Both the position numbers and the translations under genes were made by a program. The notes beneath the pieces were generated by a model. That model did no database searches, had not been told where the DNA came from, and saw only the letters and a list, made by a program, of their open reading frames with translations. Of a stretch of DNA of 64,000 nt, positions 13,221 to 26,100 are shown one piece after another; position 1 is the stretch's first letter; each line of letters starts with the position of its first letter. The stretch is from Selaginella moellendorffii (Eukaryota > Plantae > Lycopodiophyta), in contig NW_003314294.1 of assembly GCF_000143415.4 (NCBI RefSeq), positions 1,701,586 through 1,765,585 on the forward strand. The letters are read 5' to 3'.

Positions 13221-15804
13221 TATTATATGGAGGTATTTCTAGACGACTTCATTGTTTTTACAGACCGTGGAAGTCATCTTGCAAAACTAGCATCATGTTT
13301 TGAGTGATGCTAGGACGGATTGTTTCTAAAGATGGTCTAGCTGTTGATCCAGAAAATATGAGGTTCATTCAGGCTTTACCAGCACCAGCAGATGTGAAGC
13401 AGTTGCAGGCTTTTCTCGGTCACATGGGATATCATCGCAGGTTTATCCGGAGATATGCTGAAAAAGCTTTGCCACTGACAGAGTTTCTGCGTAAGGACGT
13501 GAAGTATGAGTGGACAGAACTATGGCAGCAGGCTTTGATCTTCTTAAGAAGTTGATGATTACAGCTCCAATTTTAAGGATGCCAGATTGGGAGCGGATTT
13601 TCCATGTACATGTTGACGCATCGGCTGTGGCAGTTGGCTCGGTTTTATGTCAGCCTTTTGAGGATGGCTGGGACCATCCATTGAGCTATGATAGCAGGCA
13701 GCTTTCTGCAGCAGAAAAGAACTACTCAGCTACTAATCGAGAAGGACTTGGCATGATTTTTGCAGTGCGGTGGTATCAACATTATCTGCTCGGCAAGGAA
13801 TTCATTTTTTATGTAGATCACCAAGCACTTAAATACTTGATCTTGAAGCCGTGCAGGACAGGTCGAGTGACTCGGTGGCTGCTGATCTTACAGGAATTCC
13901 AGTTTAAAGTCATGTTAAAACCGGGATGTAGTCACAACATGCCAGATCATCTTTCGAGGCTGTCAACAACAACTTTAGATGATCAAGTGGAAGTGGATGA
14001 TGAGATTCCAGATGCAGATATATTTCTAGTTAGTGAGGAGCAGCTAGATATCCAGTTATTCCAGGTCGAAGCTGTCCAGAATCATATCAAGAGGTGGCAC
14101 AGTTTTTGGCAAGTGGTGAATATCCAGAAGATTTTTCAGCCAAACAGCGAAGGTGACTGCTGCTCCAATCTCGATGATTTACTCTCTTAGCTGGCCAGCT
14201 CTATCATATTGGAAATGATGGAGTGCTGAGACGTTGCATTCTTCCACATGAGGTACCTCAAGTTATTTATGCTTGTCATGACTCACCTTTCAATGGCCAT
14301 TTTGGCAAGGATGCTACACTTGAGTTGGTGAAACGAGCAGGTTTTTGGTGGTCGACTATGCACAAAGATGTTTCTGAATATGTGTGAGGCTGTGATCAGT
14401 GTCAACATACAGGCAAACCATCTTGACGTGACATGATGCCACTGAATCTGTTGTCGCAGGTGTTGCCGTTTACCAAGTGGGGAATTGACTTTGTTGGGCC
14501 TCTGCCAGCGACAAAACACACTTGATGTAGGTACGTTTTGGTTTGCACTGATTACATTATAAAGTGGCCCAACAGGTAAAAAAGTTGCTGAGTTTTTGTA
14601 CGAGCAGGTGATCATTCATTTTGGCTGTCCACTGGAGCTGGTTAGCGGCAGAGGCTCTCATTTCTTGAACAAAGTGATGGCAGCTCTTACTACACTGTAT
14701 GGTGTGTCACACAGAAAATCAACGCCATAGTATCCTTGCTGCAATGGAGAAGTCGAGCGAATGAATGGTATGCTGTGTAATATCATTTCTAAGATATGTT
14801 CCACAAGCAGGTTGGACTGGGATAAGAGGCTTCTCGATGCCGTCTGGGCTTACAGAGTAGCTTACAAGGTGACTATACTTGCCTCACCGTTTCAGCTGGT
14901 TTATGGACAGGAAGCTGTGTTACCAATCGAGCTCGAAATCCCATCTCTTCGAGTGGCTACAACTTATGATTTAGATTGGAATGGAGCTTTGGCTAACAGA
15001 TTACAGCAACTAGATCGGTTGGATGAGAGGCGACTTCTAGCTTTTTAGGCTCGTGAGGTGATGCAGCGTTGCAGAAAAATCTGGCATGACAAGTATATCA
15101 AGCAAAAGCAGTTTCTTGTGGGTGATAAAGTTCTTCTTTATGATTCGAAGTACTGGAAAAGGCCAAGAAAGTTGCAGAACAGATGGACAGGGCCATATTT
15201 GGTTGCAGAGGTGTTTGCTAATGGCTCAGTCCAGCTCCAAGATTTTATGGAAATCTTTTGCTGACTCAAGTGAATGGATATTGCATTAAAAAATATGTGG
15301 AGCAACCTTTTCAATGCCTCGAGGACATGGCATCAACTGTTGTGGTGGAATGATGTTGATGGCAAATTGTGTCTTTTTCTAATTTTTTGCAGTTAAGAGC
15401 TTTACAAGAAGAAAATAAGTAGAAGCTGCAAAGATTTTAAAGGAATATCCAAATATTCCAAAAGAATCTGTGTGTAGAGATCCAGCAGGTGGGATGAAGT
15501 TGGTTAGGGCAGTGGAAGAGATGGAGTGTGATGACGAGTGGAACATGGCGAGTAGAGCCAAGGCCAGAGGGTGTAGTATAGAGGAGAGCAAATATGGTCA
15601 CACAGTAGATGTGAGTGAGGCGTCGCATGGAGCAGGTTTGGCTTGCAAGCGATTAGAGAGTATGCACTATCAACTTGCATTATGAACAGGAGTGGTTATG
15701 CTTCTTAGTTGATGTATTGGCGGAGTTGCTTATGAATCAGTAGCAATTTCCTTTTCCATTGTAGTTCTAGAAGTGTTGACTTGGGATTAGTTTGTGTGTG
15801 CTTG

Positions 15805-17498
15805 TAATAGTTGTTAATGCCTTAATTACACACTTTCTCCACCTAACAATCTACTTCAAGTGTTAATGAATAAATTAATAAGCTATAACAAGTGAATGCT
15901 ATAATCCTTTCCAACACCTTATGGGCAAGGAAACAAAGTACCAATATAAGCTTAGTATATCATAAATCACTATTGAGAACTCAATCAAAGCTATTATAAT
16001 GTTACTATGTGGAAGTAGACTTTCTTCACTATCAACTAATTTGGGGTTGATCATCGTTTGATTAAGCAACTTCGTAAATATATTGTTTATTATTACATGG
16101 ATATAATATAAGTATCACAATGATTTGATCATCAATCGAGCAACACCACGAGTAACACCCATGTCACTACTACAAAGGTTTATGTGAGTATCAAGTATCA
16201 ACTCGATTTGACAAAATGCAATATAAATGCCACACCCCATCGATACAACACTTAACACTACTAACTTTTATTCACAACATAAACAAGCTTATACCACTCT
16301 TTGTTTGACTAAACTCAAAACTAATCCAACACCAAGCTACTCAAGGAGTAATAGCAAAGTTCCCCAAAAACAAATTGAGGATTGTAACCTAAGTCTTCAA
16401 TAACAAGCCTAAAAAAAATGGTTTAATGCTTTACCACTATCAATCCCATGATTCACCACTTGTAAGACCATTATAACCAACATGCATCAAGATAAAAACT
16501 CTTAATTGCATGATGTGAACACGAGCAATGAGTTACACTTCATTGCCAAATTATCTTTCCAAAAGAGAAAATGATTTACGTGTTTGATCCTTCATCCCTG
16601 ATAACTCTCTTTTTCGATTTCATCTTTGATTAAACCTCAAGCTTGCATTCGCACTACGGAGCAACTTGGAATAGTCCTAGAGCATTCAGCATCTTAATGC
16701 TAGGACCAGCATGCAAAATGGAACCAAACGAAGTCTGGTGTTATTTCAGCATACCAGTGGTTTAACATGAGGATATACCAACTAGCATGGTGTGGAACTT
16801 GGGCTTACACCCAAGCCGGATGTAGAACAAAAATAGGCACGCAAATAAGAGTTAGACTATGCCTTAGGTTAATTGGCCATGCCCGACCTATCCACTATTC
16901 CTACCATACATTTGAAACCCCCCATAGCCCCCTCCCTTGAGGAACATGTACTTTGGGATTTCATCCTTAGCTATCCTTAGGAGTTAGTCTCTAGGATTAA
17001 TTTGAAACTTACTAAATATGGAATGACATTAGATTGCAAATTTGAACACGGGATGAATACTATTGTGTTCAAGACAATCTCTACATTCCATAGATATGCC
17101 AAATTAGAAAATCTAGACACTTTCTATAAATAGTAATTGGGACCAAACAAAATTAATACAAGGTGTATGATAGCAAGGGTGTTTGGCAGACACAGTAAGC
17201 TATCATCTAACAATATTGAGAGACTACTCTCAATATGCGAGGATTCTGATAACTAGCCAATGCAAGACAGAATGAGATGAGAACTCCTTACTGGGATAAG
17301 TATGCTTAGCTAATAACACATAGGAATTCCGTCATTGGTTTAAGTACACTCAAAATGCCCAGTTAGCTCCATTAGTACAAAAGAGATTGATAAAGGGTCT
17401 AGCAATACTAACCTCTTGGCATCGTGGTAATAAGGAAAAAATATCTGAAAAGACTAGTTGATAGATAGTTTTTGATACCCACACTCACATTCACAATA
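15805..17498 (-). mobile_element. Old, internally deleted copy of the non-coding LTR element family at 29098-35551
   Basis: 15805-16655 is a reverse-complement homolog of ~30770-31635; 16657-17498 is a reverse-complement homolog of LTR ~29098-29966, with many transition substitutions. Confidence 0.85.
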
Positions 17499-20463
17499 TT
17501 AAAAAAATTCTTGTGTGGTTGAGTGCTAAATTGAAAGAAGGCTATAGAATAAAGGATTTTGCTTCCATATTTAGAGGAATATGTGTACATTACATGAATA
17601 TCTCAAGACCATACGTTGGGAAAGGATGTATCCCCTCAAGAGTGTTGTTATGGTTCAAGTGCTTTTTAAAGAGCTTCTAATGATATAGGGGATATATTTG
17701 TCATAGCAAGATAAGAGAAATAAGATATAGAGTGAGCTAGAAAGTGATAAGAGCTGTGTTGGCTAGTGTTTACCTAGAGTAAGTTTTGCGAAGGAGATTG
17801 GAACCAATTCCCCATCTACATTTTTATATGGAGTCATATATGAAGTTCAAGTGCATCGACAATAAGTTTTCCCCACCATATTAAAATCATAGTCTTGATG
17901 CAACTTTTGTTTTACAACATATTGTAAGCTAGAGCCTTGAGGCATCTATTTACATAGAATCATTGGCATTGGTAAGTGTTTGAAAAATGTCAAAATAATA
18001 TTACACACTTGGTGGTTGCATAGGGAGCTATTATGTCATTGGTATGCTTGTGTTAACAAACAAAAGAGGACCAACTTTTTACAAATGCTATTGTAGAACG
18101 GTTTTACAATTTGGCCAGCCCAAACATATGTGCGGCAACTAGGCAGAGGAGTTCAATGCAATAAAGATGGATATGATGAGGGCTCACAATATAGTATTGG
18201 TTTCTTAGTTTAAAACTAGGTGAAAATTGGGATTAATGACAATATGTTTATAGTGGATCAAACACTTTTGGAGGGAGGTATGGTGTAAAGTGGCTTGGTA
18301 TTTTAAAATGATGATTCTAACTATGGAGTGTCATCCCCTAATTGACATGAGGGATAACTAACATGCTTATAGTTTGCTTGAGGTCATTTATGTTGAATTT
18401 ACACAATGCCTTATGAACATATAAATACATGGAATCTGCACATAGTGCGCACTCTCACAAAGAGGCACAAATATTGCCCCACACATATCCTAACAAGACT
18501 ATTTCAACTAAACAAGCAGAGGGCATGGTGGTAACAAGGTTTCAATTTACAAGTTCTAACATGCAATTGCTGTAGTATAGTCATGCCTTTGACCTCAAAA
18601 GACATTGTTGCACTAACCATTAATGAAATGCAGCTTTGGTCCCTCTTCATGAAGTACATGTGCAAAGTCTTTCTATTGTCGATACACTTTATGGTTTTCT
18701 TTTATTAGGAGCTAGTAGGCTCTATAATTGCACATACAAAAGAAATATGGAATGGCTTGAGTTTGACCACAAGGTCATGTTACACCTCACACTCATGCTA
18801 GAGGTTGGATGTGCATCCCGTAGCACCCTTCCCACGCATGTGTATTTGGAGCATACCATCACGTTTCCAGGATTGCCAATGCAAAAAAGAGAGGCATGTT
18901 AAATGTCGCTTGAGGCCTATATCCAAAATATAATAGTAGCTCATTATGTTTATCAAAATTGTCATATAATTTTTGCAACTTATAAAGTGTTATCATCTAG
19001 ACTCTGCCGAAAAAATATTCATTCTATGTACTACTATATCTTACTCAAACCACTCTAACGCTCACCATGTAAACCACTCAACACTTGCCAAAGAGAGGTG
19101 ACTACTCTATTGCATACCTCAACTTATATAGAAACTACTCTACATTATAATAATAGTCCTTAACCTCTAAGCTTAAGAAGTAAGTTGACACCTTGGGAGG
19201 ACATGGCTCTGCATCTATTGGTTTTGATGCTTGGCCATACTCATGATGAAAGACTTGGATAGTAACTCATTGCCTAACACTGAGAAATTCTATCCTTGTC
19301 GCAAAGTAATGGAGTATATATATCTTTGGGGTTGTCATTGCTATCACCAAAGCTTTAAAGTAAGCTCTTTGATGAAGAGGTAGATGTTTTATTTTGTGTA
19401 TCATCCTAGATAGAACAAAAAAAGAAAGCTTAGGTGAAATAGAATTACGTCTAAGTTTAGGCATTTAAAGAAGAAAGACTCAACCTAGACAATGCTCATT
19501 ATAGACAAGTATGAAGTAGTTAGGAATGGTTATAAAAATCATGTAGTATATAAAAAGCACTTAGACATGCTGGAAAAAAACCCCCACTCACTATTGTATT
19601 TATTTGCATTGAATTAACTATGTTTTCTCCCACCTATGACTGTTTGTGCAAAATAGAGTTGAGGGAGTGATATATACTTATCTTTGCTTATGCCGTTAAG
19701 ATTCAAGGCTGAGTTCTTTTTTATTCTGTGCTTTGTTTCATACTTACTCATTTTTGGCAACCATGGTGGGATAAGCTGTCACTCTTTAACTTGAAAAACA
19801 GCTGAGAGAAAAGTGCTTATGAATTCCAAATGTATCTAGCACTAGGAATCACAAGTAAATCTTTTTAGTGATTGCAGAGGCATTAAGCCCAGATAACACT
19901 AAACGAAGGAGCTCTTTTTGCGATTGCAATGATTTAGTGCCTAGACAACATAAGAAAGATAATTTTTTAATTATCACCTAAGTCATAGAGCATGGCATAA
20001 GTTTAAAATTGGAGTTTGGAATATATTGCCAAGAAACTCAAGTTCAAATTATTTTGTTAACAATTTCTTGAGAAAAATCTAAAAGAAGAAGGAATGGAGT
20101 TTATTTTATGTGGAAAACACAATTAACTACTTTAGAATTATTTTTTTCTGAGCAAGTTTTCACTTAGGTTATTAAAGGACAAATTTTTCAATAGCATGTC
20201 ACAATTTTTCTAAGCATACATAAGCATGAAAATTGGGCACTTATAACTCTTGTCTTTGACTCCAGCGTAAAGAGAGTTAGAGCCGACTTTAGTGAAGAAC
20301 AAATTAGGGAATTATTTGCCTAAATCTTACGAAGCTTTAACAAAAGCAAAATCACAATTAAAATATTGTGTTGTCTCAAGGCTTTGATCCAAGGTCCTTT
20401 AGCTTAGACTATTACTCAGACACAGTTTGAAAGTAGATTTATCCAGCATTTAAATCTTTTAAA

Positions 20464-20485
20464 GCTCTATTTCGTTAAAGTGGGA
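20464..20485 (+). repeat. Left terminal inverted repeat, GCTCTATTTCGTTAAAGTGGGA
   Basis: Identical 22-mer at 39852 (left end, copy 2) and 56159 (right end of inverted copy 3); outer flanks unrelated. Confidence 0.9.
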
Positions 20486-21121
20486 TTTATTCAGTAAAAT
20501 GGGACTAGGTACAAATTTTCAAGTATTTGAAAATGACGTGAAATTATATGTTTTTTGTCCAGGGGCTAGACATATCTGGGGCATGGTGACTAGCGCGGTG
20601 ACCTTATGTCCAGACTGAGTCCATCTAGTTGTATAATAAATCTCATTGTCAAGGTGAACAAGCCGAATCTGAAGCTAAAGAAGAGCGATGGCATGCGCGC
20701 ACACACTATTTGTTTGTTCATTGAGCGTGTGGTGAGCTTTCCAAGATGAACATCATTCCTATTAGCCAGACATATAACTTAATGGTGAGAACATTTAGAT
20801 ATTATTCAATGTTATCTTTTTCTAACGAATCTAATTGTGAAGGTGTAGCAAGAGGCATTGCTAGTCTGGAGAAGTCATTTAACTCATTTGACCCTTAGTG
20901 TATTTTCATGAAACTAAATAACATTCATATTATTAAGGAATTTCTCTAGTACCTTTTTTTTACGACATAGAGGCTTGCATTTCTTTCAAAGGTGATTTAG
21001 TAAAAGGCCTGAGGGCACATGCCATTCTATTTCTCAGACCGGTATTAAGATATACTAGTGCAAAGGGAAAAAGGTATTTGGTGATCAAGTAAATGGCATG
21101 AGGGCACACGCCATTATAAGC

Positions 21122-21379
21122 CTAAGCGCTAGTGGACACCTCCTTTTTGGTACTCTCAGCGGTACTATCATCCTTCTCCGGGTCAGTTGTTTTGCTTTGG
21201 ATTGTTGTCTCTGACGTTACTGGGGCGTTCTCGATAGTTGTTAATGTTGCCGTTTGTTCAGAAAAATGATCACCTGGAGTATAGTACGGGGAGTTTGGAA
21301 GACTTATATATTCTACATCTTCACCTATCTCCTTCTCCGTCTCCTTTTCTGCCTCACTTACAGATTTTGTGCTTGCCAT
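21122..21379 (-). CDS. Small acidic Ser/Thr/Glu-rich ORF (85 aa, MASTKSVSEAEKETEKE...) of the transposon
   Basis: ATG at 21379 with TATA-like TTTTATAA ~40 bp upstream; ORF retained in copy 2 (40509-40766). Confidence 0.45.
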   Translation of the reverse strand: MASTKSVSEAEKETEKEIGEDVEYISLPNSPYYTPGDHFSEQTATLTTIENAPVTSETTIQSKTTDPEKDDSTAESTKKEVSTSA

Positions 21380-21667
21380 GAGAACGCTCTTCACCCTAAA
21401 ATATGGAGTTCGTTGTGTTATAAAAGGAAACCAACACACACGCTGCAAGGGAATGATGGTACATAAAGCACGTAAGCCCACAATATGGGTTTATGTGCCA
21501 TTAATATGGGCCACACGCCATATTATTAGATTTATGCACGTGTGATTGGTAAATGCATATGTCACATCATCTTTGTTTTACCTCACACACTATATCAAGC
21601 CTCCTTTGATTCAGATTCGGATTGTTCACCTTGAAATAAAATACATTAGAAACTTTGTAAAGGAATA

Positions 21668-24600
21668 TTAATGAATCTCACCTTGAACCCGAGTTATGAA
21701 TGCTCTTGCTGCATCTCTTGCATGGTCTGGCAAGGTGATGGTGGCACTCTGCTTCCGCATCCAACCATGCACAACATTATCCACCGATATGCTCATGCTG
21801 GGATCCCTTGGATTCAGCACCCATCTCTTTTCTAGGCAATCCTTCGTATATCCGGAACTTGGCTTGAACCACTCCACAGTTACATTGAAGGAGTTAGTTT
21901 CCGCGTCCTCCTCTGCATCAGTGATGCAGCGCCCCACCCATATCATTTGTTTTTTATGACTGGGTCTGACAAGCACGACCATTCCTTTGCAGACCTGTAC
22001 TGGATTGAATGCTGAATCCGGCTTCTTGTTCCTCGGCCCACAATAGTGATCCTCAACATCGTTATCTGTCACTGCATTTCCAGAGGACATTGTTCCGCTA
22101 CTATCTGGTGCTCTGGGTTCTGGCCAAAAGGACTCTTCCAATTCTTCATATACAACCGGCCCATTTTGGATAGCAGATATAATCTTCTCCCAGTATTCGA
22201 GCAAAGGCTTGCACCTCTGAAAATAGGATTCTCCACCAAACACCAACCCCCTCTTCCAGAAGGCAATATGCTGTCTAATCCCGGCCACTATACTTTCCTG
22301 GTCTTTGAGTCCATCCGGGTGCATCGGCCGTGGGGAACCCTGAGGAATCATAGGTTCCCCAGTTATGGGATCTCTCTTGAAGAGTTCAATGCCGTCCACT
22401 GGCAGCCACACTGTGTCCCATTCTCTCATCTTGTACCTCATCACTGGAGCACCGTCACACATGCTGAAATGAAACTGAAGAGGCTTGGAGTGGCCAATCA
22501 GCGTTTCGGATCCATCCCTGATGTAGCCTCTTACAAACCCCTTAAAGTCTGGAACCTCTGTCAGAAGTGCAGCTTCAACAGTGCCTTTGATGCAATTTTG
22601 GAATTCATCGTAGAGTTGTGGGAGGGTGAGGACATTGGATCGCCGGAGGGACTCTGCCAGGTGACTGAACATGGCATCGACGTCTTCATGAGTGTGCCCA
22701 ACCATGAGAAAGCCAAGTGTAACCGTTTCAAATATGCCTTTGGCAACAAGCATCGCCAAGTACGCGAAGACGTACATGTTTTTGTTCTCACTGCCAGCAT
22801 TGTCTGTTTGGAGCAGAAGATGGGGTGGAAGGCCACATCGGCCGCAAGAACTTCCTTGAGATTCTGCTTCGTTTGGATGAGGCTGTGCATTCACCGGGCG
22901 ACCAGCCTCGTCGGAATGGCATGAGGCCTCACGTGATAACCCTACAATCTGACGGCCAACATATTCACTGGGATGGCATGGGGCCCCACGCGATACTGCA
23001 AGCCTTTGCTCCTCCTCCAGCTGAACCCTGTATGGGGTTCGATCGACAAGGGCCTTATGCAAGGGTTGGCCGTTCAGCTCAGTCTGCGCACTTTGCAGAG
23101 ACCTTAAGTGTTTTGCTAGGGACGCAATCATCATGTTTGCACCCCCGCCACCCCATAGAGGTACAAAGAAGTTCCCATAGTTCTGGGCACCATGCCCATG
23201 AGCGATTATGCCAAACAGAGACACAGGCAGCTGCATGGATGAAGAGATTGTCTTGGGGGCAGGATTGAGTCGAGGTAAGCACGTCTTTTTCTGGTCCATT
23301 TTGTCGTGGATGATGCAGAGGTAAGAGTCAGGTCTCTCCATGGAGAGAATCCTGTTATGATAATATGCAGTCCTGCAGCTTCTCTGCTCGATGTTGTGGT
23401 CGAGCCGCCTTCTAACCAACGTCTCTCGCTCTTGAGCGCTGCAAGAATTCTTCGACAAAGCCATTTTGATAGCAGTGCACTCGTCACACTTTGAAAAGCT
23501 GGAGTACTTTCCTATACTCACATCCCTGAACCTGTTGCTCCACAATCTACTAAATCTAGATTGGCTCAGCTTCCTGTAGCCATTACTCTGGAGTTCCCGA
23601 TTCACATCTTCCAATATGGCCCCCTTGGTATACATGGAAGGGAGAACTCGTTGGGTGTCTCGTGTTCCATCTTCCAAGAGGCGGGTTTTATGTGGTTGCT
23701 GCTCGCTACATGTCTCGACAAACCTCTTGAAGATTGCCTCTCCATATACAACATGACCCCTGGTTTTGTGCGTACCGTCGTTCCCATGGACTGCCTGTTG
23801 AACCCTTTGTTCCTCGAACTCAGTTTTGATTCTGTAGAATGTGGTTCAAGGGACTCCATAAATGATTCTCCATGCCTTCATGCAGACCAAACCCCTCTGG
23901 AAGACCATGCCCCCCACCTGATGTTCTGAAGCATCAACAGATGACCGTAATGCCTCATACACAAAATTGCGAGCTGCCTTCCAGGACAATGTCTTGTATC
24001 TTGCTCTCTCCTCTTCAATAGCATCCCAATCAGCATGTTGACAGCACCTCCTCTTGCAACAAGCAACTGTCGAGACCATTCGAACCTCCATCGCCATTTT
24101 CTGCCTTTTCGGTTCGTTGCTCAGATCCCTTTGGCTGCGCTTTAGGAAGGTGTACTTTCTTTTCCCATGAAGAGATGTTCTGTCATCAGTTGTAGTGGTG
24201 TTTGATTGTGAATCCTTCACATTCTCAAACACTAAGTGCCTCAATTTCAACTGCACAATGCTTCCAATAGTCAGACTGTTTTCTTCTGTGTCAACAACCT
24301 CTAAAATCGCAACTCCAATATCATCCCAGCCCAATTCTTGATTAGCAACCGCATCTCTTGGATCGACAACTGTGGCTAAGCCCTCAGCTACCACCTCCCC
24401 CTCGGGGTTGTTTAGAAACACTTTTGCCTGAATCCATATAGCACGGTTCTTAAGATCCACGGAGGGAACATGCGTCGCACTTGCGCTGTCCCCAACATCT
24501 GCTTTCTTCTGAAGATTTTTCAAGGCAACAACAACATTTACCCCGACGACCATCTCTCCTCGTTCAATAGCGACCACATTCCCATCGAAGACAGTCTCTA

Positions 24601-24736
24601 CTGATACAGCAGCATTGCCTTCCCCAAGCCTTTCACAGTGTATAACAAAGTTCCGATCCATAGACACAAGGGTCCCTTTTGCAACTCTCTTCCCACCATT
24701 CAAAATGTAAACCTTTTCCCCAACCCTGAAGGCCAT
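21668..24736 (-). pseudogene. Sola1/DUF7869-like DDD transposase (~1022 aa) with one in-frame TGA at 23846-23848
   Basis: ORFs 23846..24736 and 21668..23677 are in the same frame and join through one stop; motifs CCKRRCC, VCMKAW..YGV, FSKCDEC..H, CIIHDKMDQ, LLLQTDNAGSENKN, FLMVGHTHEDVDAMFS; beta-barrel-like N- and C-terminal extensions; splice acceptor TTTCAG just before the ATG. Confidence 0.82.
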
Positions 24737-25101
24737 TCTGAAAGTGCAGAAAAGAAGTTAAGACCATACAAAAAATGATTGGAGAATGGCCTAAATCATA
24801 ACATACCAAACAACCTCAATAGCATGAGGCCACATGCCATTATTCAAACATGCTATTGACACCCACGTGAAATTTCGCATTCACAAAATTGGCATGAGGC
24901 CTCATGCCATCTTGATATACACACAGCTGCAGGCAAGTAAAAACATACATGACAATACGCTAGCCATGAAATTGCAAGGGCCCAAGATGGCATGTGGCCT
25001 CATGCCATTTCTAAATGTGGTCCTAAGCCATTCCATGGTGAACATACCAGGAAGCACAAGTGCCGAATATCAAGAGGAAGCGGTAGCCACACCAAAGACA
25101 G

Positions 25102-25232
25102 TGCCGCTCGCAACACCGCAACTACTCGTAGCGCCGCTCGCAACACCGCAACTGCTCGTAGCGCCGCTCGCACAAACTGCCACTCGCATAAACTGCCGCT
25201 CGCAATGGCGCTCGCAATGCCGCAACCGCTCG
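25102..25232. repeat. GC-rich 30-bp tandem repeat and CGCTCGCA units upstream of the transposase
   Basis: gcgccgctcgcaacaccgcaact(a/g)ctcgta repeated; also in copies 2 (~44283-44415) and 3 (~63705-63835). Confidence 0.75.
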
Positions 25233-26067
25233 TAGACGCATAAACCACAGCCCACAACGCCGCTTACACAAGCAGCGCTCACTGCGCTCAGCGGAACCAA
25301 GAACACGGCGCACAAAAATGATAGACCTAGGAATGAGTTCGAGAATTCAAAAATAACACACGCTTGAACGTCACATCAAATCCTCTGACAAACCAGATCT
25401 TATGATTCCTCTGACAAATTTCAAACTGAGTAGCTTCTAGACTTTGCTGTCGGAGGTTGAACTTTGTCACATCATGTCCTTGCCTCGATCCAGCTGTGCC
25501 ATGTCAGTGATTCGAACTTTGCCATGCCATGTCAGCGATCCGCGCCAAGATTATTCGCCGTGTAAAGGAATAATTACGCTGTGTGTGTACGTCCATTTAT
25601 GGCAATATAAGGCCACACGCCATTCAAAGAATAATGCTCGACATAAGGCCACACGCCATTCAAAGAATAATGCTAGTCGAGCATTTTTTGGTGCATTTTT
25701 GGGTTCAAAATTGCATGAGCCCACACGCTATAAAGTTTACCTGTACCAAAAATAGAAACAACTTTATTTACTTGGGAATTTAAGTGGTTGAGGCATTTTT
25801 AAACTTACAAACACATGCCCTACTTACATTCCTTTGGTTGCCTAAAATTCAAAAATATTATAAACCTTTCTTTTTGCATTTTCAATGTTTTCAATTATGG
25901 TTTTTGATTTTCGTAGGACCAGCCTAGTAATCTATTTGCATCCCGTCATGTTTATAGCTAGCTTTCGTTCGTCCCCTTCGCTAGCCTGAGATACATCTGC
26001 TCGGCATCTGCCTCTTACAGCATTTGCCCAGAAATGGCATCTTTCTTCACGCAGCATTTGCCACATG

Positions 26068-26100
26068 TTTAGGGTTTAGGGTTTAGGGTTTAGGGTTTAG
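26068..26100 (+). repeat. Internal plant telomeric repeat (TTTAGGG)x4.7 in the intergenic region of the transposon
   Basis: Direct reading; x2.7 in copy 2 (45214-45232); deleted in copy 3. Confidence 0.95.

Larger units (their letters stand above)
8858..15290 (+). pseudogene. Decayed Ty3/Gypsy gag-pol (gag, Zn knuckle, protease, RT, RNase H, integrase)
   Basis: gag DPDEHITTF..FPATLKDVTAEWY; Cys/His knuckle CVKCQAYSHHPAQC; protease IDGGSRVNII..LLLGRPW; RT EWLSPIMVVKKK..CVDYRRLN, MEVFLDD; RH HVDASAVAVG..NYS; INT NGEVERMN..WAYRVAYK..SPFQLVYGQEAVLPIE; many stops. Confidence 0.92.

Noticed and set aside
17500-20463. Possible host gene or TE remnant in AT-rich stretch
   Set aside because: No convincing ORF, termini or internal homology found; left unannotated
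22046-22924. 292-aa plus-strand ORF (also 41858..42736)
   Set aside because: Antisense shadow of the transposase with no recognisable motifs; retention reflects copy similarity
26068-26100. Chromosome end or healed break
   Set aside because: Short tract at the same internal position in two transposon copies
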